Shown piece by piece: positions 55,583 through 64,000 of a stretch of 64,000 nt of DNA. Under the pieces are notes generated by a model that worked only from the letters and a program-made list of their open reading frames with translations, was not told the DNA's origin and made no database searches. The translations under genes and the position numbers were made by a program. The DNA is taken from the NCBI GenBank assembly GCA_965217585.1, contig OZ244561.1, forward strand, positions 672,001 through 736,000. The letters run 5' to 3'. The DNA comes from Candidatus Latescibacterota bacterium (GTDB lineage Bacteria > Latescibacterota > UBA2968 > UBA8231). How positions within the stretch are numbered: position 1 is the first letter of the stretch; every line of letters starts with the position of its first letter.

Positions 55583-56842
55583 TTGCACAAAAGACACGAC
55601 CCCTACACCAGCCTGCGCGTCCCGCTCTTCCGGCGTTACCTCATCGCCACCGCACTGGTGCGGATGGGTACGGCCGCCCAAGGTTTGGCCATCGGTTGGG
55701 AGATGTACGACCGCACCGGCCAAGCGCTCTCGCTCGGCATGGTCGGCCTCGTCCAAGCCATCCCCATGCTGCTCTTGACTCTGCCTGCCGGGTATCTAGC
55801 CGACGTCTTCGACCGCCGCAAGCTGATGATGCTTAGCTTGGCTGGCGCGACGCTCGCTTCGCTGGCCTTGGCCGCCTTTAGCTGGTACCAGATGCCGGTC
55901 CATTGGATGTACTTGCTGCTCTTTTTGGACTCGTCCTTCCTCCGCTTAGGTTGGCCCGCCCAAAGAGCGATCGCACCCTTGTTGGTGCCGGATGTGCTCT
56001 TTGAAAACGCTGCCAAGTGGTCAACCAGCCTGATGCAGATCACCGGCATCGCCGGACCAGCCATCGGCGGCTTTGTCATCGCCTTCAACCTCCAAGCCGC
56101 CTATCTCCTCAGCGCCGTTTCTTCTGCGGCCTTCATTCTCTTCCTCAGTACCATGGTCTTGCCGCCCGCCCCGCGCATCCAAGGGGGCAATATGTTCGCT
56201 CAGATCGCCGTCGGGCTGCGCTTCGTCCGCGACCAACCGCTCCTACTCGGCGCGATCTCGCTCGATCTCTTCGCCGTCCTCCTAGGCGGCGCGGTGTACC
56301 TTTTGCCCATCTTCGCCCGCGAGATCATCGACCTCAGCTCCGTCGGCCTCGCACCCGAAGCTGCGCTCGGCTGGCTGCGCGCGGCCCCGGCCATCGGCGC
56401 CAGCATCACCGCCTTGGCCATCGCCCATTTGCCGCCGATTCGCCGCGCTGGTAAGACCCTGCTGTGGTGCGTGGCCGGTTTTGGTGCGGCGACCATTCTC
56501 TTTGGCCTCTCGCAAAACTTCTGGTTCTCGCTGCTGATGCTGGCGCTAACCGGTGCCTTCGACAACGTCAGCATGGTCATCCGCCGCGTCATCTCGCAGA
56601 TGGGCACGCCCAACCAGATGCGGGGCCGAGTCCAAGCCGTCTCCGCCATCTTCGTCGGTTCTTCCAACGAGATCGGCGGCTTTGAGTCCGGGCTGGTAGC
56701 CCAGCTCTTCAACCCGGTCTTCTCCGTCGTCAGCGGTGGCATCGGCACGTTGCTGGTCGTCGCCGCTTGGACGGGCCTTTTTCCCTCGCTGAGAAACTTG
56801 GGCAGCCTCTCGTCCCTGACGGCCCAGCACTCGGCCAAATGA
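55583..56842 (+). CDS. MFS transporter (DHA3/EntS-like)
   Basis: GYLADVFDRRK, GPAIGG, LDLFAVLLGGA, RGRV...SNEIGGFESG. Confidence 0.92.
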   Translation: MHKRHDPYTSLRVPLFRRYLIATALVRMGTAAQGLAIGWEMYDRTGQALSLGMVGLVQAIPMLLLTLPAGYLADVFDRRKLMMLSLAGATLASLALAAFSWYQMPVHWMYLLLFLDSSFLRLGWPAQRAIAPLLVPDVLFENAAKWSTSLMQITGIAGPAIGGFVIAFNLQAAYLLSAVSSAAFILFLSTMVLPPAPRIQGGNMFAQIAVGLRFVRDQPLLLGAISLDLFAVLLGGAVYLLPIFAREIIDLSSVGLAPEAALGWLRAAPAIGASITALAIAHLPPIRRAGKTLLWCVAGFGAATILFGLSQNFWFSLLMLALTGAFDNVSMVIRRVISQMGTPNQMRGRVQAVSAIFVGSSNEIGGFESGLVAQLFNPVFSVVSGGIGTLLVVAAWTGLFPSLRNLGSLSSLTAQHSAK

Positions 56843-56930
56843 GAGACCGGTGCTTTCTAGTTTGACCGCTTCACGCGTCCTTCCAAATTTGTTATAGTTG
56901 TAGGTATTGTCACCTAATGGAAGGGGCCTC

Positions 56931-59498
56931 ATGAAATTCGTACGCACCATTGTCGTCATCTTCGTTGTACAACTAGCCCAGGATGCCCATGGGCAGATTA
57001 CGGTTTCAGGTACCGTGGTTTCGGATGAAACCGGTGATGCCTTACCAGGCGGAACGGTTGTCATTGAGGGCACATTCATCGGGGCGGTGACGGACCAGGA
57101 TGGGGCCTATTCGATTGACCTTCGGTCTCTGGAGGACATTCTGGTTTTTTCCTTTGTGGGATTCCGGACAAAGCGACTGACGATAAGTCCGGGCGTCACC
57201 ACTCTTGATGTTCGTTTGGAACCGAGCGTCGTCGGACTCGAGGGGATCAGCGTCGTTGCCGAGAAACCCCGGATCTTCGCGAGCAATGTCGTCGCCGAGC
57301 CGATGCTGCTGCAGCAGTCGAACATCACCAGCGTGACGTCGGTGGTCGACAACCTGCCCGGGGTATCCATCCAAGAGGGCGATGCGTACGGCTTCGACGA
57401 CTGGTCGAGCAACGTCGCCGTGCGCGGCTTCCAAGTGACCATCAGCGAGGCGCAGATCGGCACGACCATCGATGGGTTCCCGAACGGTACATCCGACTAC
57501 TTCAGCGGCGCCAAGGCGAACCGGTTCATCGACCCGATGAACCTCGGAGGCGTCGAGGTGTCCCAGGGGACGGCTGACATCGCCTCCCGGTCGGTCGAGG
57601 CGCTGGGCGGCACCTTCAACTACCTGACGGACGATCCGGCGGCCGAGCGGACCTACACTGCGTCGACCACCATCGGCGAGAACGACGGCAAGCGGTTCTA
57701 CATGCGCCTCGACACCGGGCCGCTGTTCGGCAGTGAGACCCGCGCGTGGATCGCCGCGGTCCGACAGGAGGCGACCGACTGGGTGCAGGGTTCGGCGCGG
57801 AACGAACGGGAGCACGTGGCCGCCAAGCTGGTCTCGTCGCACGGGGGCCTCGATCTCACCAGCCATATCTCGTACGACAGCATCCATGAGGACACCTACC
57901 AGCGGCTCTACAGCGAGGGCGACTTCCTGGCCAACCCGCGTTGGGACCGCCTGGTCGGCGACTGGCCTGGCGTCCCATACCTGAACCAGTTCTACCGGCC
58001 CGGCTGGCAGACCCGGCGGAACAACGCGTTCGCCTACCTGAAGGCGGACTGGTCGTTCAACGACGTCACCTCGCTGAGCGGCGGAATCTATTTCCATCGC
58101 AACCGGGGCCGCGGCGATTGGCTGCCCCCCTACATCGTCGACGTCACCGACGGCGGCGGCCCGGAATCGGAGCTGATGGGCCGGACACCGGTGCAGGGCG
58201 GCGCACAGCTCGGGCTGATCCGCTTCGTGAACCGGGACGGTGTCGCAGTCGGACCGACGCCCGAGTGCACGTCGTCCTACATCTTCAACTACTATGGATC
58301 GGGCGGCCCGGAGGTCGACCCTGCGTGTCACCCGGATGCTACTGCGGTGCAGTCGTACCGCCACAGCCACTACGGGAAGGACCGCGTCGGCGTGACGCTC
58401 GACGAGGAGTGGTTCACCACCGTCGGCGCCGCCGGCAGCACGCTGCGCGCCGGCATCTGGTACGAGAACTCGCGGCGGGACCTGGGCCGGGACTGGCATC
58501 AGATGCTGGATCCGACGCTCAGCTTCAAATGGAACGAGCAGGCCTACTGGCACCAGTACGAGTGGGATTTCCCGCAGCGCGTGTTCAAGTGGTACGTCGA
58601 GGAGACGCTCTACGCCGCCCCGTTCACTCTGAGCGGCGGCGTCAAGCAGTTCCTGGTCAGGGTGTCGCGCAAGGACTTGTTTGGCGTCGACCCGGACCTC
58701 GTGGCCGATTCCGATTCGAAACTGCTCGTCTCCGGCGGCGTCACGTACGAGACGCCGGTCGAGGGCCTGCACCTTTTCGGCGGATATGTCGAAAATTTCA
58801 GGGCGATCAGCAGCACACTCCTCGAGGTGCCAGGACGGAGCCTCGAGGAGCTCGAACCGGAAACCGCCTCAAACATCGATGTGGGGCTACAGTATACCGG
58901 GGACTGGGTTGCGCTCGGTGCCACTGGATACGTCGTCGATTTTCAGAACCGGATTTTCTACCTCGGCCCGCAAACGACGGCCGGTCCCAACTACCTCATC
59001 CCGGGCGGTGGTGCCTATTTCAACGCCGGCGGCATCCACACGAACGGCTTCGAGTTCTCAGCAACGGTGCGGATGCCGCAGCAGATATCCTTCTACACGG
59101 CCTACACATTCAACAACTCGGAGTACATCGGGAGCGGTGATCCCCTCGTCGACGCAAGCCAGAATATCGTTGCGGAGACTGACGTCACTGGCGTACCGGA
59201 CAAGCTGTGGGTCGTCTCGCTTGATCGGACCGGGCCTCTCCGCACGGGACTGACGGCCAAGTACACATCGCCGCGGCGTGTCAGCCTGACGGCCGACTGG
59301 CACACAGACGCCTATTGGATGGTGGACGCGTATGTCAGTTTCTCAGGCGAGGCGCTGGGTCCCTTGCTCCGGTCGACGGAGTTCTCGATCGTGGCGAACA
59401 ATCTGCTCGACAAGGCCTATCTGTCCGCCATCACCGAGAACGCGGCCTGGCTCGGCGCGCCGCGGACGGTTTCAATGACCGCGACTGTTTCGTTCTAA
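56931..59498 (+). CDS. TonB-dependent receptor with N-terminal CarboxypepD_reg-like domain
   Basis: VSGTV...GDALPG..V...TD.DG.YSI...LVFSFVGF; plug LPGV...VRGF; PET; NNLLDK.Y; GAPRT....VSF*. Confidence 0.92.
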   Translation: MKFVRTIVVIFVVQLAQDAHGQITVSGTVVSDETGDALPGGTVVIEGTFIGAVTDQDGAYSIDLRSLEDILVFSFVGFRTKRLTISPGVTTLDVRLEPSVVGLEGISVVAEKPRIFASNVVAEPMLLQQSNITSVTSVVDNLPGVSIQEGDAYGFDDWSSNVAVRGFQVTISEAQIGTTIDGFPNGTSDYFSGAKANRFIDPMNLGGVEVSQGTADIASRSVEALGGTFNYLTDDPAAERTYTASTTIGENDGKRFYMRLDTGPLFGSETRAWIAAVRQEATDWVQGSARNEREHVAAKLVSSHGGLDLTSHISYDSIHEDTYQRLYSEGDFLANPRWDRLVGDWPGVPYLNQFYRPGWQTRRNNAFAYLKADWSFNDVTSLSGGIYFHRNRGRGDWLPPYIVDVTDGGGPESELMGRTPVQGGAQLGLIRFVNRDGVAVGPTPECTSSYIFNYYGSGGPEVDPACHPDATAVQSYRHSHYGKDRVGVTLDEEWFTTVGAAGSTLRAGIWYENSRRDLGRDWHQMLDPTLSFKWNEQAYWHQYEWDFPQRVFKWYVEETLYAAPFTLSGGVKQFLVRVSRKDLFGVDPDLVADSDSKLLVSGGVTYETPVEGLHLFGGYVENFRAISSTLLEVPGRSLEELEPETASNIDVGLQYTGDWVALGATGYVVDFQNRIFYLGPQTTAGPNYLIPGGGAYFNAGGIHTNGFEFSATVRMPQQISFYTAYTFNNSEYIGSGDPLVDASQNIVAETDVTGVPDKLWVVSLDRTGPLRTGLTAKYTSPRRVSLTADWHTDAYWMVDAYVSFSGEALGPLLRSTEFSIVANNLLDKAYLSAITENAAWLGAPRTVSMTATVSF

Positions 59499-59630
59499 GC
59501 GGAGCACGAAGGGGCAAAAATCTAGGTGGCGTGCAGACCCAGCGTCTGCTCTACCTCAAGTAGGTCCCGCCCGTCGTTATAGGTTGGAGCCGAAGCCCCG
59601 CGAGGATGCGAGAACCCGGTCCCAAATGAC

Positions 59631-59659
59631 TTGCGCCCCGTGGCCCAAGCAAATAGTAT
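59631..59659 (+). promoter_or_regulatory. Putative sigma70 promoter
   Basis: TTGCGC, 17 bp spacer, TAGTAT upstream of the epimerase gene. Confidence 0.45.
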
Positions 59660-59701
59660 AGACCGCGACCCAGCAGACGCAGCCAAGCATAGGGAAGAGA
59701 C

Positions 59702-60436
59702 ATGAAGAAGAAACTTTTCATCACCGGCGCCGCCGGCAAAGTCGGGTCTGGCCTGCGCCGTCACCTCAAAGACCGCTACGACTTCCGCCTGCTCTTCCAC
59801 CGCAACATCCCCCCGGTCGAACCAAACGAAGAAATCGTAGTCTCCGACCTCGCCAACTTCGAAAACATGGTCGAGGCCTGCGAAGGCATCGACACCATCG
59901 TCCACCTCGGCATCGCTATCGTCCAGCGGGGCTATCCGCGCACGCGTTACAACCAGATGATCATGGAGACCAATATCCAGGGCACCTACAACATCTTTGA
60001 GGCCGCCCGCATCAACAAGGTCCCGGTCGTCGTCTTTGCCAGCACCAACCACGTAACGGGTTTCTACGAGCAAGAAGGCATCTACACCACCCCCGACATG
60101 CCGATCCGCCCCGACAGCATGTACGGCGTCAGCAAGGCCTTCGGCGAAGCGCTCGGCCGCTTCTACTACGACGAGTACGGCATCTCCTCCTATTGCCTCC
60201 GCATCGCCAACTACCCGGACACCGAGGAAATCAACAGCACCTATCCCCCCGGTGAAAACCGCTGGCTCAGCGCCCGCGATGTCTCCGAGCTGACCGCCTG
60301 CTGCATCGAGGCCCCCCGGCCCCAATTCGGCATCTTGTACGCAGTCTCGCAGGGCGCGGACAAAAAGTGGGACCTGGCCAACGCCAAAGAACTCGTCGGC
60401 TGGGAGCCCCAAGACCGCGGCGCGCCCTCGCCGTGA
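59702..60436 (+). CDS. NAD-dependent epimerase/dehydratase (uronate dehydrogenase-like SDR)
   Basis: ITGAAGKVG, FASTNHVTG, PDSMYGVSK, LRI, WLSARD. Confidence 0.9.
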   Translation: MKKKLFITGAAGKVGSGLRRHLKDRYDFRLLFHRNIPPVEPNEEIVVSDLANFENMVEACEGIDTIVHLGIAIVQRGYPRTRYNQMIMETNIQGTYNIFEAARINKVPVVVFASTNHVTGFYEQEGIYTTPDMPIRPDSMYGVSKAFGEALGRFYYDEYGISSYCLRIANYPDTEEINSTYPPGENRWLSARDVSELTACCIEAPRPQFGILYAVSQGADKKWDLANAKELVGWEPQDRGAPSP

Positions 60437-61083
60437 CCAACGTGGCCGACTTGGGCGGCGGCTACGCAGAGTCCGCACCCGACCCCGGCCCCACCATAGC
60501 AGCCCTCCTCCAAGCCGCCCGCCCCGGCAGCCCGTCTTCCCGCCTCGTGGTCTTGGGCGGGCCGCCCGGCGTCGGCAAAACTGCCGTCGCCCAAGCTCTT
60601 CTCGCGCTCTACCCAAATACCTTCCTCCTCGACAAAGACCAAACGGCCGCTGGTTTTATCCTCGAAGCGGCCGCGCTGCGGGGTGACGCGCCCGATGCGG
60701 CCTACGGCACTCCGCACTACTGGCAAAAGCTCCGTCCCCTCGAATATGCCAGCTCCCTCGCCGCAGCTTGCGCTAACCTCGTCGGCACCCGCCAAGTCCT
60801 CCTCGTCGGCGGCTTTGGCCCCGAGCTAGGCGTGGACGCCCTCTGGGAAGGGCTAGCCGCAAACATCGCCCCAGCCACCCTCTGCGTCCTCCACCTCGAT
60901 CCGCCACCCCTGGACATTTGGTGCGCCCGCATGGCCAGCCGCGGCTCTCGCGCCGACGCTCCCTACTTTGCCAATCTCACGCGGGCCCTCGGCAGTCTTC
61001 CCGTCTGGGCCGGGGCCGTCCGCATCCCGACCGACGGCCCCCTGCACTCAGTCGTCCAACACACCCTCAACGCCCTCGGCTGA
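60433..61083 (+). CDS. P-loop kinase-like protein (AAA_33-like)
   Basis: GGPPGVGKT, LLDKD; GTG overlaps the upstream stop. Confidence 0.8.
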   Translation: MTNVADLGGGYAESAPDPGPTIAALLQAARPGSPSSRLVVLGGPPGVGKTAVAQALLALYPNTFLLDKDQTAAGFILEAAALRGDAPDAAYGTPHYWQKLRPLEYASSLAAACANLVGTRQVLLVGGFGPELGVDALWEGLAANIAPATLCVLHLDPPPLDIWCARMASRGSRADAPYFANLTRALGSLPVWAGAVRIPTDGPLHSVVQHTLNALG

Positions 61084-61148
61084 AGGCGCGGGGCCGTGTG
61101 CGCCACGGTTGACTTTTCTCGGTTTTGCCCTTTATTTCTTAGGATGTT

Positions 61149-61652
61149 ATGTTAATCGTTCACAGTGCCTTAGGCTACTGCGTTCTCCTTGTCATAGCCT
61201 ATCTCAGCGGCCGCCGCACCCGCTCCATTCCCTGGAAAACCATCGGCGTGGCCACGGTGCTCCAGCTCTTGCTAGCCGCCATCCTGCTGCAACCAGCCAT
61301 TCGCTCGCTGGTGTTTGGTCTCGCCAGCGACTTGACGACCCTGCTCAAAAAAACCGCGCTTACCGCCAATAAGTCTCTGTTGTTTAGCGGCATGAGCGCG
61401 GAGTCGTTCGCCCGCGAGCACGGGCCGGTGGTCGCTCTCGAAATCGCGGCGATCCTCATCTTTGTGGCCTCGCTTTCGCGCGTGCTCTACCACTACCGGC
61501 TCCTGCCTTGGGTCATCGCCCGGCTCAGCCGGTTCATGCAGAAGTCAATGGGCATCAGCTCCGCCGAGAGCGTCGGCACGACCAAAGCCCCGCTCCTGGC
61601 TATACCCGTGAAACTCAGTGGCACTTTGGGCGTTATATATTATTTAGACTGA
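61149..61652 (+). pseudogene. Truncated CNT/NupC-family nucleoside transporter
   Basis: N-terminal CNT-like motifs (AYLS...IPWKTI...LQ; IF...L..VLYH..LL.WVI...MQK.MG.S.AES); ends after about 150 of the usual 400 or so residues. Confidence 0.75.
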
Positions 61653-61664
61653 AGCGGAAAGCAC

Positions 61665-61913
61665 ATGACTACCAAAAAGACGACATATCGCGCCCGGTTT
61701 GACGGTCACCGACGGCTCGCCGCCGCGGTCATCATCCAAGCCGTCAAAGACGTCCAGACCACAGATTGCAATCAGGAGCGACAGACGGCTATCGACTTCC
61801 TCAAAGGGGACATGTGGCCCTTTTCCGACGTGCTCGACCTGCCTTTAGACGGTCGCGCCCTCTGCGAGTACCTACGCACTATGGAGAGGACTTCCGCCGA
61901 ATCCCTCAGCTGA
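61665..61913 (+). CDS. Small hypothetical protein resembling a phage/mobile-element family
   Basis: RRLAAAVIIQAVKD...FL....F...LD...DG..L...L pattern, from recall. Confidence 0.55.
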   Translation: MTTKKTTYRARFDGHRRLAAAVIIQAVKDVQTTDCNQERQTAIDFLKGDMWPFSDVLDLPLDGRALCEYLRTMERTSAESLS

Positions 61914-61967
61914 CCTGCGGCAGAAGCGGTATCCCCCGTGGCGCATCTAACCCGGAGACGATCCCTC

Positions 61968-62780
61968 ATGGAACTTTCGCCCGCGCAGATCAGCTTCTTC
62001 AAGACCTTCGGCTACCTCTACTTCCCGCGGCTTTTTGCCCCCGACGAGATCGCTTGGATCACCGAGGAGTTTGAGCTCTCCATCCAAGCCTGTGGCAACG
62101 GTGCCCAACACGACGGCACCAAGCGCACCATGTTCGGCGGCCCCATCGAGCACCGCGAGCGACTTTGCACCCTCGTAGACGACGAGCGCATCGTCGGGAT
62201 CTGCAACGGCGTCCTCGGCGCGAACTTCAACTATGCCAGCGGTGACGGCAACTACTACAGCGGCGATACCGGCTGGCACCCCGATGGCAGTTGGGGCCAG
62301 CTTTTCTCGGTCAAAATCGCTTTCTATCTAGACGACCTGACCCGCGACACGGGCTGTATGCGGGTGCTCCCCGGCAGCCACCACCCCAACCACTTCGTCC
62401 GCGCCGAGGGCATTGATCTCAACCGGTCCATGGAGCTGTTCGGTGTCGAGCCGCGCGATGTTCCCGGCAACCTCGCGCTCGAGACGACCCCCGGCGACCT
62501 CGTCATCTTCAACCACGACCTCTATCACGCCTCCTTCGGCGGCGACCAGCGGCGGCGCATGTTTACCATGAACCTCACCCGCCCCTGCACCAACGATGCG
62601 GACCGGGCCACCCTCAAAGACTATCTCCGTCGGCACTCGCCCGGCGGCTACCAAGTTGTCACCGGCGGCGGCATGTTCTATCCCACCATGCTCGATACCG
62701 CCGGCCCGGAGCGCGTGGTTCACCTGCGCCAATGCGCCGAAGTCCACGACGAGCTCTTCCCAGAACTGGCACGGCATTGA
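61968..62780 (+). CDS. PhyH-family Fe(II)/2OG dioxygenase
   Basis: FFKTFGYL, WHPD, YLDDL, VLPGSH, PGDLVIFN..L.H.S..G..RR; start 61968 or 61938. Confidence 0.9.
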   Translation: MELSPAQISFFKTFGYLYFPRLFAPDEIAWITEEFELSIQACGNGAQHDGTKRTMFGGPIEHRERLCTLVDDERIVGICNGVLGANFNYASGDGNYYSGDTGWHPDGSWGQLFSVKIAFYLDDLTRDTGCMRVLPGSHHPNHFVRAEGIDLNRSMELFGVEPRDVPGNLALETTPGDLVIFNHDLYHASFGGDQRRRMFTMNLTRPCTNDADRATLKDYLRRHSPGGYQVVTGGGMFYPTMLDTAGPERVVHLRQCAEVHDELFPELARH

Positions 62781-62811
62781 CGACCAGCCCACCTGTGCAG
62801 ATATTTTTTAC

Positions 62812-62887
<76 letters not shown>

Positions 62888-62893
62888 TCTTTG

Positions 62894-62930
62894 CCAAGGG
62901 GTTGCGGACGCCGAATCCGCAACCCCTTGG
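62894..62930 (+). terminator. Perfect 15-bp hairpin 3' of the tRNA
   Basis: CCAAGGGGTTGCGGA-cgccgaa-TCCGCAACCCCTTGG; no U-tract. Confidence 0.6.
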
Positions 62931-62968
62931 GCTGTGAATTCGCGCCTTCCCATCGCCCTGCCCCATCC

Positions 62969-62997
62969 TTGACATCTCGCAGTTCAGAACATAAAAT
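62969..62997 (+). promoter_or_regulatory. Sigma70 promoter for the TPR gene and efp
   Basis: TTGACA, 17 bp spacer, TAAAAT. Confidence 0.75.
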
Positions 62998-63041
62998 AGC
63001 CTCTCGTTTCAGCCGCCTGAACACCTCCCATCCCTATCGCC

Positions 63042-63863
63042 ATGGCCAACTCCATAGCCAAACTGGAAAAAGCATTCCGACGCGATCCGGATTCCCCGCG
63101 CTTTGCTCGCCTCGCCGATCTCTATCTCAAGCGCGGGCGCATTGAGCGCGCCCTCGAGCTTTGCCAAAAGGGCTGTGCGAGTTTTCCCGATTACGCCACC
63201 GGCTTTATCGTCCTCAGCAAGTGCTATGAGAAACGGGGGGCCATGGAAGAAGCGCGCGAGGCCATGGGGCAAGCCCTGCGGCTCGACCCGGAAAACCCCA
63301 GCGGCTACAAACGACTCGCCCACCTCTTTGAACAGCTTGGCGTCACGCCGCTGGTCTTGCAGAGTCTGCGCCAAGCCGCGTACCTCGACCCTTTCGACGC
63401 CTCCCTAGCAGAGCAAATTGACCGCTTCACTAGCCAAACCCGCCAAAGTGAGCCCGATGAGCCCGAACCCAAAGAGTTCGTCGCCAGCGCGGCCCCGAAG
63501 GCTCTCGGCACCGAAGCCACTCAGCCCCAAGCTCTGTCGCCGAACCGGCCGCCAGAAGACCGCGACGACCTGTACGGCGACGCCAACGACAGCGAATTGC
63601 TCCGCCTCTTGCAGGAAATCGAAGAGGAGAAAGCCGCCAAACCGGTGCCCGCACCCGAAGAGCCACCCACCCCGGCTGCCAACGAGCCTAGCACACCGAA
63701 AAGCAAGCGCATCGCCACTATGACGCTGGCTGAGATCTACACTACTCAGGGCTTGACCCAGAAGGCGATCGAAACGTATCGCGAGCTCCTCGAACAGGAG
63801 CCAACCAACACCATCATCCGCAGCAAGCTGGCTGCGCTAGAAAAAAGCAGCAGCAAGCACTAA
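63042..63863 (+). CDS. Tetratricopeptide repeat protein with Pro/Glu-rich linker
   Basis: [14 protein letters not shown]; C-terminal [12 protein letters not shown]...AIETYRELL. Confidence 0.88.
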   Translation: MANSIAKLEKAFRRDPDSPRFARLADLYLKRGRIERALELCQKGCASFPDYATGFIVLSKCYEKRGAMEEAREAMGQALRLDPENPSGYKRLAHLFEQLGVTPLVLQSLRQAAYLDPFDASLAEQIDRFTSQTRQSEPDEPEPKEFVASAAPKALGTEATQPQALSPNRPPEDRDDLYGDANDSELLRLLQEIEEEKAAKPVPAPEEPPTPAANEPSTPKSKRIATMTLAEIYTTQGLTQKAIETYRELLEQEPTNTIIRSKLAALEKSSSKH

Positions 63864-63873
63864 TGGGAGCGAT

Positions 63874-64000
63874 ATGGCAGACACCACGGATTTTAGAAAC
63901 GGTTTTACCATGTCCCTCGACGGCGAGATATTCTCCATCGTCGAGTTTCAGCACGTCAAACCAGGCAAGGGCAGCGCCTTCGTACGCACCAAGCTCAAAA
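63874..64000 (+). CDS. efp: Elongation factor P (3'-truncated by the window edge)
   Basis: [10 protein letters not shown]...[21 protein letters not shown]. Confidence 0.97.
   Translation, partial: MADTTDFRNGFTMSLDGEIFSIVEFQHVKPGKGSAFVRTKLK

Noticed and set aside
57042-58772. Long antisense/overlapping ORFs (576 aa here; also 29718..30791, 28315..29376, 59522..60616, 9499..10350)
   Set aside because: They are shadows of GC-rich genes with clear identity on the other strand and show no recognisable motifs.
59520-59620. REP-like element (GCAGAC-ccagc-GTCTGC) after the TonB receptor, and a loose inverted repeat near 20609-20649
   Set aside because: Short or imperfect single occurrences with no second copy found in the window.

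Overview
Bacterial window, mostly about 60-65% GC by eye. The gene content suggests an FCB-superphylum organism such as Candidatus Latescibacterota (inference). 1-11.4 kb is housekeeping: rpmI-rplT-pheS-pheT-zapB-like-zapA-rny-ymdB-xseA-xseB-recN-pgsA-like. 11.4-23.9 kb holds a secreted zincin/PD40/barrel protein and small-molecule catabolic genes. 24-48.5 kb is a compositionally mosaic, lower-GC accessory region. It contains TPR and two ASPIC/UnbV (CRTAC1-like) genes, an intact IS3-like element with an unusual 14-bp flanking direct repeat, and a membrane/spermidine-synthase-like fusion. It also contains the most interesting locus, a co-oriented cluster of four secreted modular proteins sharing a TPNxDx(I/V)N(D/E)...Y* FlgD/T9SS-type-B-like C-terminal domain, a DOMON-like protein with a 'SWGRIK' C-terminal motif, a 904-aa putative outer-membrane barrel, a double-parvulin lipoprotein and a DUF6785-like membrane protein. 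Two of the secreted genes are a tandem duplicate with a near-identical core but highly divergent N-terminal segments. 50.7-64 kb has catabolic genes, two gene remnants, a TonB-dependent receptor, tRNA-Lys(CTT), a TPR gene and the start of efp. All family assignments come from motif recognition by eye; no searches were run.
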